55,396 bases of DNA, from the NCBI GenBank assembly GCA_014376535.1, contig JACMRH010000340.1, positions 1 through 55,396 on the forward strand, in the 5' to 3' direction. The DNA comes from Cytophagales bacterium. Its GTDB lineage: Bacteria; Bacteroidota; Bacteroidia; Cytophagales; UBA9547. Of this stretch, positions 27,305 to 37,741 are shown one piece after another (the first letter of the stretch is position 1; every line of letters starts with the position of its first letter). The translations under genes were made by a program, and so were the position numbers. The notes under the pieces were generated by a model. It ran no database searches. It saw nothing but the letters and a program-made list of their open reading frames with translations, and had not been told where the DNA came from.

Positions 27305-29143
27305 TCACATTCTTTCAGGCACATCTATGCCTAATAATTTCATACAAGTTTTAATCAGGTTGCCAGTAACATAGCTAATAAGCAACCTGGATTTTAATGC
27401 AAACATATTTGGTTCATTGAATATAGATACTTCCTGGTACAAGCGGTTATATTCTTTTGCAAGTTCGTAAACGTAATTAGCAATTTCTGCTGGTGAATAT
27501 TTCTCGCCGGCATCTTTCAATATTTGCGGAAACTTATTTATCCAAACAATTACATCTTTTTCAACTGGCAAAAGTTCTGTTCTTTCGAATTCCCAAAGAG
27601 GAGTATGGATGCCAATCTCATCAGCTTTCCTCAATATAGCCCTGATCCTGGCATGCGTATATTGAATAAATGGTCCTGTATTTCCCTGAAACTGAACCGA
27701 TTCCTGAGGATCAAAGAGCATTCTTTTTTTAGGATCTACTTTAAGTAGGAAATATTTCAGTGCACCTAAACCCAAAGTGTGATAAAGTTTATTTGCTTCA
27801 TCAGAGGTGAAATCATCTACTTTTCCTAATTCCCTGGTATTCGTTTCAGCTGTTTGAAGCATTTCACTTACAAGGTCGTCTGCATCAACTACCGTACCTT
27901 CGCGCGATTTCATCTTTCCTGATGGAAGGTCCACCATCCCATAAGAAAGGTGGTAGATTCCTTCTGCATAAGGCCTTCCAAGCTTTTTCATGATAGCCTG
28001 TAGTACCTTAAAATGGTAATCCTGCTCATTGCCAACTACATAGATAGATTTTGCAAATTGAAAATCATTGTATTTTAGATCTGCAGTGCCTAAATCCTGG
28101 GTAATATAAACTGAAGTTCCATCTGACCTTAATACCAGTTTTTCATCTAATCCTTCTTCCTTTAAATCTATCCAGACAGATCCATTGTCTTTTTTGAAAA
28201 ATACGCTTGATTTTAATCCTTCTTCAACTACTTCTTTTCCAAGTAAGTAGGTGTTTGATTCATAATAGTATTTATCAAATTTGACACCAATTTTATTGTA
28301 GGTTTCTTCAAAACCTGCATAAACCCAGGTGTTCATTTTTTGCCAGAGAGCCCTAACTTCATTATCTCCTTCCTCCCATTTTAAAAGCATTTCCTGCGCT
28401 TCTTTTAATAATGGATTTTGCTTTTCAATTTCTTCGTCTGAAAAACCATTCAGTTTGAGTTTTTCTGCTTCGGCTTTTAGATTCTGATCAAAAATGACAT
28501 AATATTTGCCAACTAGGTGATCCCCTTTTAATCCACTTGATTCAGGTGTTTCTCCATTCCCGAATTTTTGGTAGGCAAGCATAGATTTACAAATATGAAT
28601 TCCCCTGTCATTTACCAGATTATTCCGGATGACTTTGTAACCGCTTGCTTCCAATATTTCAGCAACAGAATAACCAAGAAAATTATTTCTTAAATGCCCT
28701 AAATGAAGTGGTTTGTTGGTGTTTGGGGAAGAATATTCTACAATTACAAGCTCGTTTTTATTTTCTCCAAAGCCATAATTTGCGGTTTGACTGATACTTT
28801 TAAGACTATCTATCCAAAAGGTGTCAGAAATGGTAAGGTTTAAAAAACCTTTTACAACATTGTAAGAAGTGACAAAAGGGACATGTTCTACTAAATATTT
28901 TCCAATTGCATCGCCAGTCAATTCTGGTGAAAGTTTAGAAAATTTAGTCAGAGGAAAACAAACAAGTGTATGAGTTCCTTCAAATTCCTTCTTTGTTTCC
29001 TGGAATGAAATCGTTTCCTGATTTAAATTTATGTTCCATAACTGCTCAAAAGCTGAAAGGACATAGGAAGTAAGTTGATGTTCTAAATTCATGGCTACTA
29101 AAGGCTTGCAATTTACTATTTGAAAGCCAGTTAAAGGATTCAT
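27305..29143 (-). CDS. argS: arginine--tRNA ligase
   Basis: Class I HIGH variant (PLHLGHLRNN), an ArgRS anticodon-binding C-terminus ending in M. An alternative ATG at 29092 would give a more typical length. Confidence 0.9.
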   Translation of the reverse strand: MNPLTGFQIVNCKPLVAMNLEHQLTSYVLSAFEQLWNINLNQETISFQETKKEFEGTHTLVCFPLTKFSKLSPELTGDAIGKYLVEHVPFVTSYNVVKGFLNLTISDTFWIDSLKSISQTANYGFGENKNELVIVEYSSPNTNKPLHLGHLRNNFLGYSVAEILEASGYKVIRNNLVNDRGIHICKSMLAYQKFGNGETPESSGLKGDHLVGKYYVIFDQNLKAEAEKLKLNGFSDEEIEKQNPLLKEAQEMLLKWEEGDNEVRALWQKMNTWVYAGFEETYNKIGVKFDKYYYESNTYLLGKEVVEEGLKSSVFFKKDNGSVWIDLKEEGLDEKLVLRSDGTSVYITQDLGTADLKYNDFQFAKSIYVVGNEQDYHFKVLQAIMKKLGRPYAEGIYHLSYGMVDLPSGKMKSREGTVVDADDLVSEMLQTAETNTRELGKVDDFTSDEANKLYHTLGLGALKYFLLKVDPKKRMLFDPQESVQFQGNTGPFIQYTHARIRAILRKADEIGIHTPLWEFERTELLPVEKDVIVWINKFPQILKDAGEKYSPAEIANYVYELAKEYNRLYQEVSIFNEPNMFALKSRLLISYVTGNLIKTCMKLLGIDVPERM

Positions 29144-29182
29144 TTCAAAAGAAACTCTATATGGGAAAGTAAAATGTTGTCT

Positions 29183-29190
29183 TAGATTTG
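29183..29190 (+). promoter_or_regulatory. -7 box TAGATTTG for the beta-barrel outer-membrane protein gene
   Basis: Exact TAnnTTTG about 30 nt upstream of the ATG at 29221. It overlaps, and therefore argues against, the ORF-track TTG start at 29188. Confidence 0.4.
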
Positions 29191-29220
29191 CAGAACATTA
29201 AAATTTTAATTTTACTTAAA

Positions 29221-29949
29221 ATGAAAAAGCTAATTTTTACCGGTATTCTAAGTCTTTCCACATTACTTGGATTTGCACAAAAGACAACCACTACCACTAC
29301 TACAACATCATCCTCAACGGATAATTCAACTACTGCCGGACCATCTGCAGGGAGTTTATTTGTCTTTGGTTCGATTGGTGTAACATCTCAGAAGCCTGCC
29401 GGAAATAATACAACTTCAGGAGGATATTTTAGCTTTGCCCCAGGTGCCGGTTATTTTTTAACAGATAGAATTGCCCTTGGTGCAAGATTGACTTTTGGAA
29501 AACAATTTGGAGGCGGAGTGCAAGGTGGATCTACATTTGGGATTCAGGCTTTCGGACGTTACTACTTTTTGCGCGACATGTTTGCTTCTAAAGGTGGTTT
29601 CTTTCTTGAAGGCAATATAGGTTATTCCGCTACTAAGCCAGCTTATTACAATAATAACTATTCAAACGCTTATTATTACAATGGGTCGAACGGTAATAAC
29701 TACTATTATTCAAACGGTTATTATGGAAACGGTGAGCCAAAGACCATCTCAACATTTACTTTTGGAGTTGGTCCGGGATTTGCATTGTTTCCAACCAAAA
29801 AGATCGGCTTCGAATTTACATTTCCTAACATACTTGGATTCTATGTTTCCTCAAGACCTTATGATGGTCAATCAGGTGCAAGCGGTATTAACGTAGGCTT
29901 ATCCTCTATATCCTTGCCTTCCGTTACTTTTATGTATTTTATTAAATAA
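29221..29949 (+). CDS. outer-membrane beta-barrel (porin-family) protein with poly-Thr and N/Y/G-rich low-complexity segments
   Basis: Signal peptide MKKLIFTGILSLSTLLGFAQ, alternating beta-strand pattern, aromatic C-terminus (VTFMYFIK). Confidence 0.6.
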   Translation: MKKLIFTGILSLSTLLGFAQKTTTTTTTTSSSTDNSTTAGPSAGSLFVFGSIGVTSQKPAGNNTTSGGYFSFAPGAGYFLTDRIALGARLTFGKQFGGGVQGGSTFGIQAFGRYYFLRDMFASKGGFFLEGNIGYSATKPAYYNNNYSNAYYYNGSNGNNYYYSNGYYGNGEPKTISTFTFGVGPGFALFPTKKIGFEFTFPNILGFYVSSRPYDGQSGASGINVGLSSISLPSVTFMYFIK

Positions 29950-29966
29950 TATTCATCATTATAATT

Positions 29967-30000
29967 GCAAAAGACTGGTGCTCCGGTCTTTTGCTTTTTT
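29967..30000 (+). terminator. intrinsic terminator of the outer-membrane protein gene
   Basis: 12-bp stem (GCAAAAGACTGG / CCGGTCTTTTGC, one G-U), tetraloop TGCT, T6 tail. Confidence 0.85.
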
Positions 30001-30021
30001 CTTAAAAATACTATTTCCATT

Positions 30022-31248
30022 ATGTCAACCTCAGGGGTCCAACATATCATTTCCAAAGACAATCACTCTAATTCTGAACCAAACAGGACGAAGCTTAGTG
30101 AATTGAAAATGGAGGAAATGATCCTGAACCTGGGCCCTCAACATCCTTCAACACATGGGGTTTTACGTTTGGAAATTATTACTGATGGAGAAATTGTTAA
30201 AGACGTAATTCCACATATAGGGTATTTACACCGTTGTTTCGAAAAGCATGCCGAGTCATTGCCTTACAACCAAATAATTCCATACGTTGACAGAATGGAT
30301 TATGTAGCTTCGATGAATTCTGAGCATGCATACGTATTAGGAGTTGAAAAAATGTTAGGTATTGAAAATACACTTCCCAAAAGGATAGAATACATTAGAG
30401 TTTTAGTGGCTGAATTGAATAGGATTGCTTCACATTTTGTGGCAATTGGCACTTATGCTGTTGATATAGGCGCATTTACTCCATTTCTATGGTTGATGCG
30501 AGACCGGGAGCATATATTGAGGTTGCTTGAATGGACCTGCGGAGCCAGAATGCTCTACAATTATATGTGGATAGGAGGCTTGTTCTATGATTTACCTCTT
30601 GGCTTTGAAGAACAATGCGATGAATTCGTCAGGTATTTGAAGCCCAAACTTGCCGAACTTGAGAAATTACTTGTTGACAATAAAATATTTATTCAGCGTA
30701 CTGCCAATGTTGGTGAACTGCCTATGGCCTTAGCCATCAATTATGGCTGTTCCGGACCAGTTTTGCGCGGTTCTGGTTTAAGATACGATCTTCGTAAAGT
30801 AGATGCTTATTCTGTTTACCCCGAAATAGAATTCAACATTCCGATTGGCGAAGGAAAAATGGGGAAAACGGGCGATTGCTGGGATAGGAATTATGTACGT
30901 GTAGCCGAGTGCTGGGAATCTTTGCGCATAATAGAACAGTGCCTCGAAAAGCTTACCAAAGAACACAAAAGAACAAGGGATTTTAATCCGCAGGAATTTG
31001 TGCCCAAAAAGATAAGACCTAAGTCAATGGATTTTTACGCTAGAGCCGAGAGCCCAAAAGGTGAATTAGGATTTTATTTTAGAACAGATCCTGAAGGAAA
31101 AAGCGATATTCCATTCAGGGTCAAAGCTAGGTCCTGCTGCTTTGTCAATTTATCAGTATTGCCCGAAATTTCCCGGGGAGGAATGATTTCTGATCTGATT
31201 GCTATTATTGGATCTATTGATGTGGTAATGGGAGAGGTAGACCGATAA
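30022..31248 (+). CDS. nuoD: NADH-quinone oxidoreductase subunit D (NuoD, 49-kDa subunit)
   Basis: [27 protein letters not shown] and C-terminal [11 protein letters not shown]. Start moved to the ATG at 30022, because the upstream ORF-track codons are the terminator hairpin. Confidence 0.9.
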   Translation: MSTSGVQHIISKDNHSNSEPNRTKLSELKMEEMILNLGPQHPSTHGVLRLEIITDGEIVKDVIPHIGYLHRCFEKHAESLPYNQIIPYVDRMDYVASMNSEHAYVLGVEKMLGIENTLPKRIEYIRVLVAELNRIASHFVAIGTYAVDIGAFTPFLWLMRDREHILRLLEWTCGARMLYNYMWIGGLFYDLPLGFEEQCDEFVRYLKPKLAELEKLLVDNKIFIQRTANVGELPMALAINYGCSGPVLRGSGLRYDLRKVDAYSVYPEIEFNIPIGEGKMGKTGDCWDRNYVRVAECWESLRIIEQCLEKLTKEHKRTRDFNPQEFVPKKIRPKSMDFYARAESPKGELGFYFRTDPEGKSDIPFRVKARSCCFVNLSVLPEISRGGMISDLIAIIGSIDVVMGEVDR

Positions 31249-31250
31249 TT

Positions 31251-31673
31251 TTATTCCCCATAATACTCTACAAAGTTTCGTGGGGTTTCATAAAGTTTGA
31301 TACAGTGTAATTCAGCTGTTGTAGAAGCGTTTTCAATTCTCTTAGAAAGGATTTTCCATATTTCCATTGCCAGAGTTTCTGTACTTGCCATTTTTCCCTT
31401 CATAAAATCCACATCCACATTAAGGTTTTTATGGTCAACTTTTTCAATAACATGTTCCCTGATCAAAACACTCAGTTTTTTAAGGTCAATCACAAAACCC
31501 GTTTCGGGATCTGGAATACCTTTTACAGTGACAATTAATTCAAAATTGTGGCCATGCCAGTTTTCATTTGCACAAGGTCCGAAAACCTGTTCATTTTTTT
31601 CTTTGCTCCAATTTGGGTTTGCCAGTTTGTGTGCAGCATTAAAATGTTCCTTTCGGGAAACGTATATCATCAA
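31251..31673 (-). CDS. queD: 6-carboxy-5,6,7,8-tetrahydropterin synthase
   Basis: FNAAHKL...CANENWHGHNFEL (PTPS/QueD zinc-binding histidines). Confidence 0.9.
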   Translation of the reverse strand: MMIYVSRKEHFNAAHKLANPNWSKEKNEQVFGPCANENWHGHNFELIVTVKGIPDPETGFVIDLKKLSVLIREHVIEKVDHKNLNVDVDFMKGKMASTETLAMEIWKILSKRIENASTTAELHCIKLYETPRNFVEYYGE

Positions 31674-31864
31674 TCTTTTATTAACTTCTGCAAATATCCG
31701 AACCTATTGTCAATTGCCAAAAGAATAAACAAAACAAAGGTTAATAAGTATTACCACTGATTGCAATTTGTCCTTGCAACTGTTTACTTTGTGGGTGTTC
31801 TTTTTTATTTTGCATAAATATGGAAGCAACCTTAATACAAGTTCCCAATTCTTAATACTAAAAA

Positions 31865-33334
31865 ATGGCCCTGCCTAAACGCTCTGAAGATTATTCTGCC
31901 TGGTATAATGAGTTAGTTAAACAAGCTGATCTTGCTGAAAATTCGTCAGTTAGAGGGTGTATGGTTATAAAACCGTATGGATATTCCATTTGGGAAAAAA
32001 TGCAAGCCGATCTTGACCGCCGTTTTAAAGAAACTGGCCATGTTAATGCCTATTTCCCCCTCTTCATACCTAAATCATTTTTAAGCAAAGAAGCCCAGCA
32101 TGTTGAAGGATTTGCCAAAGAATGTGCAGTGGTCACTCATTATCGCTTAAAAAATGCAGAAGATGGTTCAGGAGTTGTAGTAGACCCTGCGGCAAAGCTT
32201 GAAGAAGAACTAATTGTTCGCCCTACTTCTGAAACAGTTATCTGGAGTACTTACAAAAACTGGATCCAATCTTACCGCGACTTACCTTTACTCGTAAACC
32301 AATGGGCGAATGTAGTAAGGTGGGAAATGAGGACAAGATTATTTCTTCGTACCACAGAATTTCTTTGGCAGGAAGGGCATACAGCCCATGCAACTAAACA
32401 GGAAGCAATTGTAGAAACTGAACTGATGCTTGATGTTTATGCCGATTTTGCTGAAAATATCCTTGCGCTTCCTGTAATAAAGGGGATAAAAACGGCCAAT
32501 GAACGGTTTGCAGGTGCAGAAGAGACATACTGCATAGAAGCATTAATGCAAGACGGAAAAGCATTGCAGGCGGGAACGTCACATTTTCTGGGACAAAACT
32601 TTGCTAAGGCTTTTGAAGTAAAATATGCAAAGAAAGAAGGTGGCCTTGAATATGTTTGGGGAACCTCCTGGGGAGTAAGTACTCGTCTGATGGGTGCATT
32701 AATTATGGCACATTCTGATGATCAGGGATTAGTGCTTCCTCCAAGATTAGCGCCAATTCAGGTGGTGATAGTACCAATTTATAAAAAGGAAGAAGAATTG
32801 GAAGCGATAAATGAAAAGGCTTTGGTTTGGGTAAAAGAACTTCGTGCTAAGGGCATTACAGTAAAATACGACAATGACGATAAGTATACTCCCGGATACA
32901 AATTTGCTGATTATGAATTAAGAGGAATTCCTGTTCGGATTGCAATAGGTCCACGGGATATGCAAAATGGCACTGTGGAAATAGCAAGAAGGGATACGAG
33001 AGAAAAGTCTACTGTTGAAAGTGGACAGTTGACCGTTCTGATACCTCAATTGTTAGAAGAAATTCAGCAGAATATTTATAATAAGGCACTTAAATTCAGA
33101 GAAGAGAGTACTTATAAGGTAAATTCATTGCAAGAGTTTAAAGAAGTTATTGACCAGAAAGGTGGGTTTGCACTTGCACATTGGGACGGAACATCAGAAA
33201 CTGAAGAGAAAATAAAGGCAGAGACTAAGGCTACAATCCGATGTATTCCAATGGATTCTGTTTTGGAAACTGGCGTTTGTATTTTCTCGGGTAAGCCTTC
33301 AAAACAAAGAGTATTGTTTGCCCTTGCGTATTAG
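31865..33334 (+). CDS. proS: proline--tRNA ligase (archaeal/eukaryotic type)
   Basis: N-terminal [19 protein letters not shown]...[15 protein letters not shown], class II motifs and C-terminal ...ALAY. Confidence 0.95.
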   Translation: MALPKRSEDYSAWYNELVKQADLAENSSVRGCMVIKPYGYSIWEKMQADLDRRFKETGHVNAYFPLFIPKSFLSKEAQHVEGFAKECAVVTHYRLKNAEDGSGVVVDPAAKLEEELIVRPTSETVIWSTYKNWIQSYRDLPLLVNQWANVVRWEMRTRLFLRTTEFLWQEGHTAHATKQEAIVETELMLDVYADFAENILALPVIKGIKTANERFAGAEETYCIEALMQDGKALQAGTSHFLGQNFAKAFEVKYAKKEGGLEYVWGTSWGVSTRLMGALIMAHSDDQGLVLPPRLAPIQVVIVPIYKKEEELEAINEKALVWVKELRAKGITVKYDNDDKYTPGYKFADYELRGIPVRIAIGPRDMQNGTVEIARRDTREKSTVESGQLTVLIPQLLEEIQQNIYNKALKFREESTYKVNSLQEFKEVIDQKGGFALAHWDGTSETEEKIKAETKATIRCIPMDSVLETGVCIFSGKPSKQRVLFALAY

Positions 33335-33352
33335 CAAAGGCAAATATTTATA

Positions 33353-34768
33353 ATGAAAAAGATAAGCAAACGAAAAAATATTTTATTATTATTATTAGTC
33401 ACCACACAGGCGTTTTCACAAACAGCAGATAGTACGTTGTTTCTAAAAGACGTTTTGAAGCAGGTGTACCAATATCATCCCTTGGCTGCCCAGGCGAAAA
33501 ACCTAAGCGCACAGGGGAAGGCTGAGCTATTGTTTGCCAGAGGGAACTACGATGTTTCTTTTGAGTTCGAAGCTACGCAGAAAGTCTTCAAAGGAACTGA
33601 TTACTACAGTTATATAGATCAGGGATTGAAAGTTCCCACCTGGTTTGGTCCAGAGCTAAAGGCAGGATTCGAAAGAAACAATGGCCAATATATTAATCCC
33701 AGTGATTATACACCTCCCGAAGGTTTGGCTTACATAGGATTTTATCTTCCCATAGGCCGTAATTTAATTTATGATGAGAGGCGGGCTGCGGTACAGCAAG
33801 GTAAATTAGGTCAGAATATGGCTGAAAATGAGAAGATTAAGCTTATTAATAAATTGGCTGCAACTGTCGCCAAAGATTATTGGGACTGGTATTATCAATA
33901 TAAAAAATACCAAGTTTCTAAAAATGCATACAAAATTTCAGAGTTTAATTATGTAGCATCCGTTGAAAGATTTAAGGCTGGTGACCTCGCTTCGATTGAC
34001 ACGACAGAAGCCTCAACTGGTGTTCAGCAGCGATACATTGAATTGAATAGTGCCCAAAATGACCTTCAAAATGCAAGGCTTACCTTATCTACCCATATGT
34101 GGGGATCAGATTTTATGCCTTTGGAAATTCAGGATTATATGAAGCCTCAGAATTATACTTCTTCAGCTCAGATTTCACACAAAGAATTGGAAGAAAAGCT
34201 TGGTTATACGAAATTATATCACCCTGAGATTTTGAAAATGCAAGGTAAAGTGAGGCAACTTGAATTAGAAAAGAAGCTAAGGACTGTTTCTCTTATACCT
34301 AATATTATTACGTCCTATCGCTACCTGACTAATGACCCATTAAATACCCCCAAAACAAGTTCTGATTACCTGCAAAACAACTATAAAATTGGTCTTTATA
34401 TTTATCAACCCTTGTTATGGAGAAAAGACAGGGCTAAATATCAGCTTGCAAAATTAAAGCTTCAAAACATTCAGAGTGAACAGCACCAACTGAATAGAGA
34501 CCTTGAAATAGGTGTGCGTTCGGCAGTAAATGATGTAAATAACCTCGACAGTCTGATAATTATACAGGAGAAGGTTTCCCAATCTTACCAAAGATTAGCA
34601 ATTGCTGAAAGGGCTAAATTTGAGAATGGGGAAAGCACAATATTTATGGTAAACAGTAGGGAAACAAAGTCTTTAGAGACTTTAATAAAGCTGGAAGAAT
34701 TAAGAGCAAAACATGAAAAGTCACGGGCATATTTGCAATATGCAACAGGTGAAAAGGCAATTGAATAG
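33353..34768 (+). CDS. TolC-family outer-membrane efflux protein
   Basis: Signal peptide and two coiled-coil/beta repeats typical of the OEP family. No adjacent pump genes. Confidence 0.75.
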   Translation: MKKISKRKNILLLLLVTTQAFSQTADSTLFLKDVLKQVYQYHPLAAQAKNLSAQGKAELLFARGNYDVSFEFEATQKVFKGTDYYSYIDQGLKVPTWFGPELKAGFERNNGQYINPSDYTPPEGLAYIGFYLPIGRNLIYDERRAAVQQGKLGQNMAENEKIKLINKLAATVAKDYWDWYYQYKKYQVSKNAYKISEFNYVASVERFKAGDLASIDTTEASTGVQQRYIELNSAQNDLQNARLTLSTHMWGSDFMPLEIQDYMKPQNYTSSAQISHKELEEKLGYTKLYHPEILKMQGKVRQLELEKKLRTVSLIPNIITSYRYLTNDPLNTPKTSSDYLQNNYKIGLYIYQPLLWRKDRAKYQLAKLKLQNIQSEQHQLNRDLEIGVRSAVNDVNNLDSLIIIQEKVSQSYQRLAIAERAKFENGESTIFMVNSRETKSLETLIKLEELRAKHEKSRAYLQYATGEKAIE

Positions 34769-34804
34769 TAAAATACCTTTAGAATATTCAATAACACCAA
34801 AATT

Positions 34805-34825
34805 CTTACTTTAAGTAAGTTTTTT
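34805..34825 (+). terminator. short intrinsic terminator after the TolC-like gene
   Basis: CTTACT, loop TTA, AGTAAG, followed by TTTTTT. Confidence 0.5.
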
Positions 34826-34914
34826 CTTAGAATATTATAACTATTGAAACAGCTTTTCGTATATTCGGGTGTTAATACTTATTAATTAACAGTTCAGCAT
34901 CAGAAAAAGAAAAG

Positions 34915-34941
34915 AGCCTTGCAAATGCGAGGCTTTTTTTA
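34915..34941 (+). terminator. second intrinsic terminator immediately upstream of argB
   Basis: AGCCTTGC, loop AAAT, GCGAGGCT (8 bp, one G-U), then T7. The T-run ends at the ORF-track ATG at 34941. Confidence 0.6.
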
Positions 34942-34997
34942 TGCAGATTTTTAAAAATGCTTTAGGTTGCTCAAATTGCGAGCCAATCATCTTCCAT

Positions 34998-35798
34998 ATG
35001 CTTATCACAGCGCCAAGAGAAAAATTAATTGTTGTCAAAATAGGAGGTAACGTAATTGACAATGAAGAATCGCTGAATAAATTCTTAAATGATTTTTCCA
35101 AAATCACCCAAAAAAAAATTCTGGTGCATGGTGGTGGGAAAATTGCCACGGAAATTGCTTCCCGATTAGGCATTGAAGCAGTGATGGTAGAAGGAAGGCG
35201 GGTTACTGATAGATCTATGCTGGATATAGTCACCATGGTTTATGGTGGATTGATAAATAAAAATATAGTTGCAAAGCTTCAGTCTTTTGGTAATAATGCA
35301 CTTGGGTTAAGCGGTGCTGATGGGAACAGCATATTATGTGCTAAAAGGCCAGTGAAAGATATAGACTATGGCTTTGTTGGTGATGTAAAAGATGTAAATA
35401 GTGACTTTTTAACAAATATATTGGATGGAGGATTAATTCCTGTGATGTCACCTCTTTCACATGATGGAGCTGGAAATATGCTCAATATCAATGCTGATAC
35501 AGTTGCTACTACTCTCTCAAAAGCTATGTCAAAAAACTATGATGTAACATTGCTTTATTGCTTCGAACTTAAAGGTGTATTATCAGATTTTGAAAACAAA
35601 GACTCAGTTATACCCCAACTGAATTTTGATAGCTACCATGATCTCAAACATCAAGGAGTTATTTCAAAAGGTATGATTCCTAAAATGGACAATTCTTTTG
35701 ATGCCATAAAAAATGGAGTTTCAAAAGTAGTAATTTGTCATTCGGACAACATGCTCATGGCTTCCTTAGGTGAAGAAACGGGAACAGTATTGGCATAA
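34998..35798 (+). CDS. argB: acetylglutamate kinase
   Basis: LIVVKIGGNVID, VHGGG, amino-acid-kinase fold motifs. I prefer the ATG at 34998 because 34941 lies in the terminator T-run. Confidence 0.85.
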   Translation: MLITAPREKLIVVKIGGNVIDNEESLNKFLNDFSKITQKKILVHGGGKIATEIASRLGIEAVMVEGRRVTDRSMLDIVTMVYGGLINKNIVAKLQSFGNNALGLSGADGNSILCAKRPVKDIDYGFVGDVKDVNSDFLTNILDGGLIPVMSPLSHDGAGNMLNINADTVATTLSKAMSKNYDVTLLYCFELKGVLSDFENKDSVIPQLNFDSYHDLKHQGVISKGMIPKMDNSFDAIKNGVSKVVICHSDNMLMASLGEETGTVLA

Positions 35799-37585
35799 GA
35801 ATCTATTTGAGAATAATAATTTGGAACTACAACAGTAAATTTGCTACCCAAATTGGGCTCAGATTCCACTGTAATGGTACCTTTTAATTTGTCCAACGCT
35901 TCTTTGGCAATAAACAATCCCAAACCTGAGCCGGTCGATCTTTCACTTGCCCGATAAAAAAGCTCGAATATTCTTTCTAAATGTTCATGTTCTATTCCAT
36001 GGCCATTATCACGAATTGAAATTGTGGCTGCTTTGGCCGTTACTGATCCTGTTATTTCTATTATTTTTAACTTTTTTTGACTGTCGTTATATTTAAATGC
36101 ATTGGATATCAAATTGAATAAGATCATATTTAATCTCATAGGATCGCTGTAGAAGGAAACCTTTTCCATTATATCAATCACAATATTCATTCCTTCTGCA
36201 CCTTTCTGAAATTTTAATTGGTTGATAATCATTTCAATAGTACACTTTAGCCTAATCTCTTTCAAACAAATATCAAGTTGATGGTTTTTAGAGTATTGAA
36301 TAATGTCTTTGATATGGTTTTCCAGTCTTTTAATGCTTTTTTCCATCATCTCGAAATACTCATCGTGGATTTCTGGTTCAACCCTTGAATGAAGAATATT
36401 TATTAAACCCAATAATGAAGAAAGAGGCGCTTTCAAATCGTGAGAAGCACTATAGATGAACTGGTCAAGTTCTTTATTGAGTTTATTAAGTTTGTTGTTT
36501 TGAAACTCCAGCAAATCACTTTTATCTTTTATTTCTTCAAATTGCTTTCTGATAGCTAAGGACATTTTGTGAAAGGATTGCCACAGTACTTCAATTTCTT
36601 CTGTGTCGAATTTCTGGCTCAGGTCTACACTAGGGAAATCTCGGCCGTCCATTACCAGATCGTCCATTGAGCGGGCAAGTCTTTTTACAGGTTTAGAAAT
36701 TTGAGAAGAAAAATATAAACTTAGTAAAATGCTTAGAGACAGTGAAATAGCAATGGAAACATAAAATAGGCCTTCTCCTTGCTGAAGTTTCTCCCTGGTA
36801 ACCAATTTTGAAGAATTGAATAGATTGCTAAATTTATCCTCTAGTTGAATGACATGCAAATGAAGAATTTTCCTGAAACCCTGATCTTCAGTAAATCCTA
36901 ATTGTTCATCAATATTTGCGATTTCATTGAAAAGCTGGCAGTAAGATTCCAGGATTTGCTTTTGATGAATAAAATGAATATTGTCTTTATTTTTATAGAT
37001 TAATCCATCACAAAGCTTATTAAAGTGGTTCACATAAATCGTATCTCTGCGAAGGAAAAAATCTTTTTCAAATCTTCTAAGGTATAAAAGTTCTTCTTTA
37101 GAAATAAGTCTCATATTTTCAAGTAAATGAGCTTTATCACGCATCTTACCCTCTAAACCATAATCCCTGAAACCTCTTACAAATACAATGTGGAGATATT
37201 GGTTAAAATTATCGTTGTAGTGAAGAAGGGTGCTATCTATTTTATTGATTCTATCCTTATTTTCTTCTTCGTGAAAATTGGCCTGAACAACTTTAATGTC
37301 ATAAAGCATTTTTTTTATATCATCAATTAATTCCTGGTGCTGAGTTAAAAGAGAGCTTTTACCGGTTTTGAAAAAATTATTATTGACTGTTTCCCTGTCA
37401 ATTATAAGTAAGTCAGTGTTTATTAATTTTTGAAGCTTAAGATCAGCTTCCATAATGGTACTTTGAGAATTACGAAGATCTTCAGCTCTCTTGGCATAAT
37501 AGAATGCCACACCAGCTAATACAATCAAATTGAGGGAAAGAAAAATGTAAGATATTAAAAGCCTGAATCTGATTTTCTTCCACAT
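35738..37585 (-). CDS. sensor histidine kinase (two TM segments, large extracytoplasmic domain, HAMP, HisKA, HATPase_c)
   Basis: SASHDLKAPL H-box, N-box (LISNAFKY), G-boxes (DNGHGI, GSGLGL). I prefer the ATG at 37585 over the TTG at 37597. No adjacent response regulator. Confidence 0.8.
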   Translation of the reverse strand: MWKKIRFRLLISYIFLSLNLIVLAGVAFYYAKRAEDLRNSQSTIMEADLKLQKLINTDLLIIDRETVNNNFFKTGKSSLLTQHQELIDDIKKMLYDIKVVQANFHEEENKDRINKIDSTLLHYNDNFNQYLHIVFVRGFRDYGLEGKMRDKAHLLENMRLISKEELLYLRRFEKDFFLRRDTIYVNHFNKLCDGLIYKNKDNIHFIHQKQILESYCQLFNEIANIDEQLGFTEDQGFRKILHLHVIQLEDKFSNLFNSSKLVTREKLQQGEGLFYVSIAISLSLSILLSLYFSSQISKPVKRLARSMDDLVMDGRDFPSVDLSQKFDTEEIEVLWQSFHKMSLAIRKQFEEIKDKSDLLEFQNNKLNKLNKELDQFIYSASHDLKAPLSSLLGLINILHSRVEPEIHDEYFEMMEKSIKRLENHIKDIIQYSKNHQLDICLKEIRLKCTIEMIINQLKFQKGAEGMNIVIDIMEKVSFYSDPMRLNMILFNLISNAFKYNDSQKKLKIIEITGSVTAKAATISIRDNGHGIEHEHLERIFELFYRASERSTGSGLGLFIAKEALDKLKGTITVESEPNLGSKFTVVVPNYYSQIDSYANTVPVSSPKEAMSMLSE

Positions 37586-37741
37586 GTTATTTACCAACGA
37601 ACTACGAAGGTAGCCTGTCGCAATTGAAACATGTAGCTTTTAAGATTAAGGAAATATTAAGTTAAAGTCTGAATAATCAAGCAAAAGCTGAATTACTAAC
37701 AATTATATATACTAAAAAGGTCTCTTAAACACTCAAAAATT

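Noticed and set aside
31674-31790. preQ1 riboswitch expected in the queD leader.
   Set aside because: There is no preQ1-I/II-like conserved core (for example a ...CCCTC...AAAAAACTA-type tail) on the minus strand. The region is plain AT-rich spacer.
31820-31855. An 11-codon upstream ORF (MEATLIQVPNS) just before proS, as a possible proline-sensing leader peptide.
   Set aside because: It has a single Pro codon, no attenuator hairpin or terminator between it and proS, and no promoter evidence. It is likely fortuitous.
34779-34836. The 10-nt direct repeats TTAGAATATT flanking a hairpin, as the footprint of a tiny inserted element.
   Set aside because: Only 38 nt lie between the repeats, there are no terminal inverted repeats, and the hairpin is adequately explained as the TolC-gene terminator. 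It is mentioned in a finding but not called a mobile element.
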